64,000 nucleotides of DNA from Diplonema japonicum (Eukaryota; Protista; Euglenozoa: Diplonemea): NCBI GenBank assembly GCA_964019335.1, contig OZ025710.1:434001-498000 (forward strand), read 5' to 3'. Positions 55,439 to 64,000 of the stretch are shown here, piece by piece; the first letter of the stretch is position 1; every line of letters starts with the position of its first letter. The translations under genes were made by a program, and so were the position numbers. The notes beneath the pieces were generated by a model that was not told where the DNA came from, searched no databases, and saw only the letters and a program-made list of their open reading frames with translations.

Positions 55439-57205
55439 GCATGGTTGGCATAAAAGAGTTAAGGAGCTTAAAGGGAGATAAAAGGTAGCGAAGAGAGGTG
55501 AAGATTTAAAAAAAAAAAAAAAAAAAAAGAAACTCTTCGTGTTGTGCTATTGCACGCTGAAGAAAGGAAGAAGATTCGTGCTATCTGGGAGGGGGGAAGG
55601 AGATCTTTAGTTTAATAGTTAGCCCTTCTTCTCACAAAGGCAGGGGGGGGATTGATAAGTTTCGGTGAACGGGTGGGTGCTCACCGTGAAAAAAGAAAAG
55701 AAAAGAAAAAAAGAATACTGTAAAATTTCTTAAGCTTGTCCTGGTTACTACTCATTCTTGTTTCTTTACTTCGCAGGAGGCTGTGCTCATGCGGAATTGT
55801 CGCTTATCTTTACTTTGAGTTTACTCCCCCCCAAGGGGTAAACTCTTAGGGCTCAAAATCTTTTTAAGGAATGCTACATCAAGAACGTAGGTCCACTGCA
55901 GGGATAAAAAATAAAATAAAAAAAGAGAGAAAAAAAAAAAAACTTTCAATTCATTTACACGTCCTACAGAACTTTATTCTAATGACCCTTTCCTGCCCTC
56001 AAAAAAAGAAAGAAAAAAAAAAAAAAAGAAAAAGAAAAGGAAAAAAGAACCCCGGACTATTTGACACTGAATAGTCTTCTCTTTGAGGCGGCAGGTATTC
56101 GGCTACAAGAAAAAAAAGGAAGAAAAAAAAAGGAAAAGACGAGAACAGGTGGACCGTAATTTGAATTTTCACATTAAAAGGGGGGAGAGGAGCCAGGGAA
56201 ACTTTTTCTACTATAGGAGAAGAGCTGGTTTCGCGTTTAAAAATATGTTCTTTTTTTATTTAAATTTATTTTTTTTTATTTGCCGCTCATATCTCTATAT
56301 TTGCTGAAAGCATCTATTTTGTGACAGGATGATGGAGAATTGGCCTATTTGCATCGGAGATATGAGCGACAAAAAAAAAAAAAAAACTTTTAATGAGGTT
56401 TACAGTATTTCTAATTTTTATTTCTTTCCCCTTTTTTGCAAGAAAGCCATGTGAGTTACGGGTTATAAAGAGGCAACTGTAGTGGCAATTTGTTGCTTAA
56501 CCTGTGGCCGGTTCTACCGGCCTTATACAAATAACTAGTGCCGGCTTGTCTTCCCCCCCCCTTTTTTTTTCCTTCCCCCCTGCCGCGCTCGCAAACAAGC
56601 CTGTCATTTTCCTTCTCGCCCTTCTACCTTTTGTCATCATCTGGGTAGCCTGGGTCTTTAACACTGCGGGTTAGAATTTTTTTTTCTCATTTTTTAACTT
56701 AATTTTTTTCATTTTCTCATTCTCTTTGTTTTTTTTATTCTCCCCCCCCCCCCCAGGCTGGATTGTCTTTTTATTTCAAGTTAATTCAAGTTTTTTTCTT
56801 CTCTCCATGCCCTTTGTCGTTCCCCCCCCCCCTTTTTTTTGCGCTGTTAAGAATTGCTGAAAGTCAAATCGAAAACTGGGCAAGTCCTCAACGAATTGTT
56901 GCGCGAAACGAAAATTCAGACTTGCCCCTCCCCTTTATGAAAAACGGCTAGCACCAGTGATCAATAGGCAGCAGCTGGGGAGTTTTTTTTTTTTTTTTTT
57001 TTTTTTTTTGGTGTAAAATTGTCGATTGTCACCACCAATACCGACAATTTGCCTCCAATAAAAGCCCAGTGATGCTGCAAAGAAGAAAAAGTAGCCACGT
57101 TACGGTGAGTTTGTTTTTGCAATTCTTCTTCTTTTTTTTTTTTTCTTCTCGTCCCTCCTTCTTCCTCCTTCGCTTCTCCCCCACCACACACAGGGGGATA
57201 TAAAG

Positions 57206-60200
57206 ATGCGTTCAAAATGGATAATAGGCGCTGTTGTAGTTTCTGCGGTCTTCTTCATCTTGCTATCCAATCCCGGTGTGAAGGCAAGGTACGCGGCGAG
57301 AAATATAGTGAAGCAGCAACACTCGACAAGCAAGAAACGGAATCGAGAGAGAGACCTAACGGATGAAGAGCAGCAGAGGTGCTCCGCGGAGATCAACAGA
57401 TTGGAAGACATGAAAGTGCAGTTCGCAATAGCCACCACAATTACTGATGTTTCGCTTGCTGTGATGGCAAGCCGTGACCTTGTCAGCAACAACCTCCTAG
57501 ACCACGGGCAGTGGGAGCACCACGAAACCGTGACCTCCATCAAGGCCTATGAGGCAGCAATGCAACAGCAGGCGAAGGGTACCTGCGCACAGCCCCCCTG
57601 TGTGGACAAGGTGTTCCTTGATGTTGGTGTAAACCTTGGATCATGGACCTTCTACGCAGCGCAAGAAGGCTACCACACTGTCTCTGTGGAGGGGTCGCCA
57701 CCCAACTTCGCACTTCTTCAGCTCAGCAAATGTTTGAACCCTGTATTAGCACCCAGAATCAACTTAGTGGAGAGCTTTGTGAATGAAGGCTCTGAGCACT
57801 GCCTGGTTGTGTGCGACCTTGCGAACCAAGGCGATGTGAGTCTGAACTGCAAAGCAGAGGAATGGACAGAACCTGCCATGACGGCCTACAAGGCTGAGTT
57901 CACGAAGCACAACCGCAACGTGCGGCTGACACGCACAATGACAAGGAAACTAGATGATGTGATTGCCGAGGCACTTGCGGCCCACCCGAACTTCCCGAAT
58001 GTGTTCCATGGGGTGAAGATCGACATTGAAGGGTCTGAGCTGATGGCCATGAGGGGAGCACCCAAGCTTCTTGCAGGTCAAGGGGCTGCTGAGCTTCCCA
58101 TCATCTTCAGTGAGGTGTGGTATCACATCCGTGGTGGGCCCCACCCTGATGCCTACTTCCAGCTGATGAGGGCAGCTGGTTACGAACTCCGCGACCCTAC
58201 CTGCCAGCATGTGTGGCCTGCCGAGCAAGACGCAGAGGCTGTCACTCGGTTAAGCACTACGAACATCGAGAATGTGGTATGTGAATGGTAAACAAAAAAT
58301 CGATAACTAACAGTGTTTCATGAAGCAGCGCCTTCCCGCGACCGTGGCGGTCGTTCCTCTGACTCCACCACCCACTCTACCTCCCGCACTCCCCAGACCA
58401 AGGCATCCTCTTAGGAGGCACGAGAGGTACATTACGGACGAAGAGCTTCAGAGGTGCAATGTAGAGATCGCGGCACTCGACGCGCTCAAAATTGACTTCG
58501 CCATCGCCAAGATGGTGACAGGAGCCTCGTTAGCTGTGATGCGAGGCAGCGACATTGTGAGTGGCATGCTTCTATCATCCGGCACGTGGGAACATTCTGA
58601 GACCGTGAAAGCCTTCCAAGCATACGACAGACTTATGCAACAGAAAGCCAAGGGTACCTGCGCACAGCCCCCCTGTGTGGACAAGGTGTTCCTTGACATT
58701 GGTACAAACCTCGGGACATGGTCTTTCTACGCAGCACTGCAGGGAATGCACACTGTCTCTGTGGAGGGGTCACCACCCAACTTCGCACTTCTTCAGCTCA
58801 GCAAATGTTTGAACCCTCTATTGGCACCCAGAATCAACCTTATACATGCTTTTGTGAGCGAAGGCTCTGAGTACTGCCTGATTATGTGTGATCTTTCGAA
58901 TCAGGGCGACATCATGCTCAACTGCCAAGACCATGAGTGGACGGAACCCGAGTTGACGGCACACAGGGAAATGCTACGCGTGAAGGAGGGCAGGAAGAAC
59001 GTTCTCCTGACACGCACAATGACAAGGAGGCTGGACGATGTGGTTGCCGAGGCACTTGCGGCCCACCCGAACTTCCCGAATGTGTTCCATGGGATGAAGA
59101 TCGACATTGAGAGTTCTGAGCTGATGGCCATGAGGGGGTCACCCAAGCTTCTTGGAGGGCAGGGAGCTGCTGAGCTTCCCGTCATCTTCAGTGAGGTGTG
59201 GTGGGAGATCCGTGGTGGGCCCCACCCTGATGCTTACTTCCAGCTGATGAGGGCTCATGGCTACGACCTTCGTGACCCCACCTGTCAGCATGCGTGGCCT
59301 GCGACGCAAGATGCAGCCGTGGTCGCAAGGTTGGGGAGAACGCGTATGGAGAACTTGGTATGGTAGTGATGTTCTTCCCAAAAATAAAAATAAAAATAAA
59401 AATAGTGCTTCGTGAAGTTGGGCGTGGCAGCAACGACACCCCTCGTTCCTGCCCCCGTAGTCCCCGTCCCCGTCCCCATCCCGCCCCCTGTCCCAGTGCC
59501 CACACCACGGATCCATCTGCAACGACATGAAAGGCTCTTGACCGACGAAGAACGTCAAACGTGCAGCGCAGAGATCGCAGCACTCGACGAGCTCAAGATC
59601 ACCTATGCCATCGCCAAGATGACAACAGGTGTGTCCCTTGCCGTGATCCGAGGCAGCGACATTGTGAGTGGCGTACTTCTGACAAGCGGCCTTTGGGAAA
59701 ACGCAGAGATGATACAAGCCTTCCAGGCCTACAACAGGATCATGCAGCACAATCCAAATGGCACCTGCGCACAGCCCCCCTGTGTGGACAAGGTGTTCCT
59801 TGATGTTGGTGCAAACCTCGGGACGTGGACCGTCTACGCGGCACTGCACGGCTACCACACTGTCTCTGTGGAGGGGTCACCACCCAACTTCGCACTTCTT
59901 CAGCTCAGCAAATGTTTGAACCCTCTATTGGCACCCAGAATCAACCTTATACATGCTTTTGTGAGCGAAGGCTCTGAGCACTGCCTGATTATGTGCGATC
60001 TTTCGAATCAGGGCGACATCATGCTCAACTGCCAAGACCATGAGTGGACTGAACCCGAGATGGTGGTGCACAGGGAAATGCTACGCGTGAAGGAGGGCAG
60101 GAGGAACGTTCTCCTTAAACCCACAGTGACAAGGAGGCTGGACGATGTGATTGCTGAGGCACTTGCGGCCCACCCGAACTTCCCGAATGTGTTCCATGGG

Positions 60201-60536
60201 ATGAAGATCGACATTGAGAGTTCTGAGCTGATGGCCATGAGGGGGTCACCCAAGCTTCTTGGAGGGCAGGGGGCTGCTGAGCTTCCCGTCATCTTCAGTG
60301 AGGTGTGGTATCAGATCCGTGGTGGGCCCCACCCTGATGCTTACTTCCAGCTGATGAGGGCTCATGGCTACGAACTCCGCGACACCACTTGTCAGAATGT
60401 GTCACCTGCAGAGCAGGACAGGGCTGCGGTTGCCAGAATACAAAGGCACAGAATAGAGAATGTGGTATGCATAAGAGTGTTTCTGATCATAAACAATACA
60501 TCACAGTGTTTCGTCAAAAGCAAGCCTGTGCCATAG
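57206..60536 (+). CDS. Second triple-FkbM type II membrane methyltransferase; exons 57206-58276, 58314-59357, 59406-60464, 60507-60536 (~1067 aa)
   Basis: Same architecture and intron position (EN(V/L)|CF(V/M)K); introns of 37, 48 and 42 nt. Confidence 0.85.
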
Positions 60537-61427
60537 CGAAGCAAGGTCGATGTTAGGCATTTTATTATTATAATTATGGTTTTTTTTTCTTTTTTTTTTC
60601 TTTCTTCTCTTTCTTTACTGGAACAAGTATATACTTTGGAAAATTGTTCCAACTCTTCTTTTTAGCACGAACAACAAATAGAAAGAACTGCAACTTGCCA
60701 AGTAGCCTCGGGATCAGCTGTCTTGTGCCTGCCCCCCCCCACTTTTTTTCCAACTCGTGCAAGTCGCGAGGTGTGGGGGGCCCTCCTACTCTTTTTCTTC
60801 ATCCCTTTTCACCGTAACACACTTGCAACTAAACCTCCCTTCCCCTTTTTTTTTTCTTTTTTTTTTTTTCTTTTTTTTGCCGACTGTTTCCGAAAGGGTG
60901 AAATGCAGATCCGTCACGTTTTAGTTTTGATCCATTATGTGTGGTTTTTCTTTCTTCCTCCCCCCCCCCCCCCCCCGGTTTTTTCCGTTTGGTGATTTCC
61001 CTTAGTCCTGTGTGCAGCAAGCAGTTAGGGGAGCCCGCAGTCCGCAGTCCGCGTGGTTATTTTACCTGTTTACGTTGAGTCTTAAACAGAGGGGCAGAGG
61101 GAAACTTCTGCGCATAGAATCTATTTTAACCATTGAAGGACGAAGCACTAGATATCTAGCGATCAAAAAAAATTAACCCGGGTCTGCGGTATAATGTAAA
61201 TATGTTTTTTTTTTTTTGTTTACTTGAACAAGAAAGAGCAGTGGTAGCATTGTTGGGCTTATCTTTTTCTACAGGGTAATCCCTGGCTGTTCAATCGACA
61301 ATCAATCGACTCTTTTTTTCGGGAGTTTTTTTTAAATATGCTCCTGGACGTGATAACGGGAAATCTTTTGAATGGATAAAATTATGGAACTCCCCCCACC
61401 AACAAAAAAATACGGGTATTTTTTTTT

Positions 61428-61461
<34 letters not shown>

Positions 61462-61782
61462 AACGCTCCATCCTTGAAAACCCCGGCTCGTGTCAAATTA
61501 CAACAAAAAAAAGGGGAGGGAACAGAAAACGAGAAACGACAGCATTAAATTGAATAATAAAAATAAAAAAGCGAAAACCGAACAAATGAAAAAAAAAAAA
61601 TTACATTTATTAAATGGACCACCCCGGGAGAGAGGGGGGGGTCGGGAGGGCACCAGCTTCTTGGCCTTTTTCTTCTTCTTGTGTACGGTCAGTTTGTCCC
61701 ATTGTTTTCCTTTTCTCCCCCCCCCCCCCCAGGGTTGTTGCTGTTGATGGCTGCTGCACGGGAGTTATCAAAGCAGCCGCCA

Positions 61783-61813
<31 letters not shown>

Positions 61814-62187
61814 CTTTTTGTTTCCCCCCCTACTTTTTACCTCAACTGGAACCCCGAACAAACGCCCTAGTGTGTTACGTTAGATACCGGGAAAAAAAAG
61901 GGGGGGGGGGAAGGAATTTTTTTTGAAAGTTCTGTTATTCTATTTTGTGGCCTCAAGGAATGAGATACAACGAAAAAAAAAAAGAAGAAAAAAACCCGTT
62001 GATTTACGGACCCACTTGCTTAAGGCGGCAACAAAATTGCCCACACACAGCAAGCCTTGCCGTGTTGTTCTTGCTTGTCTCTTGAATGTCACCTCTGTTA
62101 ACAAGCAGCACTCTTGTGTCCCACCTACGCACAATGCCAAAAAAAAAAAAAAAAAAAATAAAAAAAAGGAAAAAATAAAAAAAAAAA

Positions 62188-63204
62188 ATGCCGCGCCCCC
62201 CAACACAAGCCCTCGTAGCTGCTGTACTGGCTCTTACTATGTTCATGTACATAAGCGGCACTTCGGATAGGTTCATGCCTTGCAAGCCTGTTCCACCCCC
62301 GAAGCACGAGCCCGTCCCGACACTCACAACAGGGCCGCAAGGGATCCTTCCCGTCTTCCAAGCGGAGCCCGACCTGACCCTGTTCAGGTCCAGGCTGTGC
62401 TCCTACACTCACGCATCACAGGAATGGGTCACCGCGTACATCAACAACATGGGCGACGGCCCCAACAGGCTGCACAGGAAGCAGTGGGAGTTCGCCGTCA
62501 TCGTCGAAGCACTCGACAAGCTTCGAATGTTGGGACCGAACAAGATAGGGCTTGGGTTCGCTGTTGGGCAGGAACCCCTGGCGAGGTACTTCGTGAAGCG
62601 AGGGTCTTCGGTCACCGTCTCCGACATGCCTTTGCAAGGGAACTTCAGGAAGGAGTGGGCATCAACAGGCCAGCACGCTAACGAACTGGAGTACACGTTC
62701 AGGCCTGGTATTGTGACGCTGGAGGAGTACAAAATGAGAGCTAACTTCGAACCGATTGACATGAACAACATCCCGAAGCACCTGCTGCAAGGTCACTACG
62801 ACTTCATATGGTCATGCGGGTCACTGGAGCACGTTGGGGTCGGGCAGGCGTCGCTGCAGTTCATCATCAACTCCCTGGACGCACTCAAGGTGGGTGGTGT
62901 CGCTGCACACACCACAGAGTTTCTGTTGAACAGCCAGTCCACTTTCGAAGCCCCTGGGCTGAACTTCTTCACTGAGCAGGAGATGCAAGACTGGGCCACC
63001 GTCCTCCGGGAGCTTGGGCACACAGTAGTCCCACTGGAGTTCGCAGCGGGGACCACCTTTGACGTGGACTCTCTAAAAGACCATCGCTACAGCAACCACA
63101 TCCAAGTAAAGGACATGCACACTATTCACACATCAGTCAGCTTCATCGTTATTAAAGGAAAGCCCACTGGGAAACATGTGCCCCTGCCGAGAAGGCGGAA
63201 GTGA
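62188..63204 (+). CDS. Membrane-anchored class I SAM-dependent methyltransferase
   Basis: N-terminal TM segment and Pro stem; HRKQWEF, GLGFAVGQEP (motif I), DMNNIP, YDFIWSCGSLEH, LKVGGVAAHTTEF. Confidence 0.82.
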   Translation: MPRPPTQALVAAVLALTMFMYISGTSDRFMPCKPVPPPKHEPVPTLTTGPQGILPVFQAEPDLTLFRSRLCSYTHASQEWVTAYINNMGDGPNRLHRKQWEFAVIVEALDKLRMLGPNKIGLGFAVGQEPLARYFVKRGSSVTVSDMPLQGNFRKEWASTGQHANELEYTFRPGIVTLEEYKMRANFEPIDMNNIPKHLLQGHYDFIWSCGSLEHVGVGQASLQFIINSLDALKVGGVAAHTTEFLLNSQSTFEAPGLNFFTEQEMQDWATVLRELGHTVVPLEFAAGTTFDVDSLKDHRYSNHIQVKDMHTIHTSVSFIVIKGKPTGKHVPLPRRRK

Positions 63205-64000
63205 AAAATTTTTTTTGAAACAAAATAGAATAGACCATGAACTAGTAATAAAGAGAAAAAAAAAAAAGAAAGAAAGAAAAAAAAAAGAAAAGAAAAAAGA
63301 TAAGCAATCAAGAAGTTTTTTTGAAAAAAAATTAAATAGTTTCGGTACAAGTAGGACAATGTGTGCTGCTTGGATATCGCTTTGCTGGTTAGTTTTGGAA
63401 TCTAAGAAGAAGAAGAGAAGAAAAATTAGATATCAATGGTGGAGGGGATCGTGTCCCCTCTTCCCCCCCCCCTCCAAAGATCACAGTAGATTTCTGTTTT
63501 CGTGTTTTTTTCTCCCTCTTTTTTTGTTTACTTGAGCCGGGCTTTCAAGGGTGGGAGTGGAAATAAGATTGAAAATAAGATTTTACTTTATGTCACTCCT
63601 AGCTTTATTTTCACTCTCAGTTTATCTTGAAATTAAGTGCAGTGAAATAATGTTAGGGATACAAAGGCAGAGGCGTCGAAAGATCATAAAGCAAGATCAA
63701 CGCCATCGTCCAACGAAACTTCGGTATAAAAAAAAAAATGCAGAGTTTTCCCAGGGTTGCACTTCTTTTGAAGCGGTGAAAAAAGCTTCAGTGCTTAGTC
63801 AGGAACAAATGAATGAGTATCTGGCAATGAAATTCAGCGACCCCTACAACATAGTGCATCAGGCATATGCAGCTTGCATGTTTGCAAGCGGGATGAGGAC
63901 AAAAGAGTCGCACAAACTGAAATTTAGCGACGACACCCAAATCCCACTTTTCACCTGTTGTAACCCTGCCACCTCCCACCCTTTCAAACCCGGCTCTTGT

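Overview
Eukaryotic nuclear DNA. All host genes and three of the four tRNA genes lie on the + strand, closely spaced or separated by homopolymer-rich spacers, as in a polycistronic, trans-spliced euglenozoan. Short GT-AG introns and an EFL-like GTPase domain suggest a diplonemid-type protist (inference). From left to right: two CWC25 paralogs, a histidine phosphatase, a PHO80-type cyclin, ~8.6 kb of low-complexity DNA, and a 2516-bp tandem array (six identical copies plus one chimeric/divergent copy of a secreted two-domain protein, each spacer carrying a truncated palindromic element). Then tRNA-Gly, tRNA-Ser, a THOC7-like gene whose probable last intron holds the full palindromic element, and V-ATPase subunit B whose last intron holds an inverted pair of tRNA-Asp genes. 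Next, a near-complete ~4-kb tyrosine-recombinase retrotransposon (gag-YR-RT/RNase H, split direct repeats; a decayed solo terminal repeat lies at ~0.9 kb), a mitochondrial carrier, LYRM5/ETFRF1, a DUF1275 protein, a coiled-coil protein, and a 1564-aa protein ending in a degenerate EFL/EF1A-like GTPase. Last, two genes each encoding three intron-joined FkbM methyltransferase domains, and one further membrane-anchored methyltransferase. The most unusual pattern: all ten introns I can reconstruct are phase 0, lack a long 3' polypyrimidine tract, and lie within ~45 codons of the end of the gene or ancestral domain, and the two long ones carry cargo. No database searches were possible, so family calls rest on recognised motifs.
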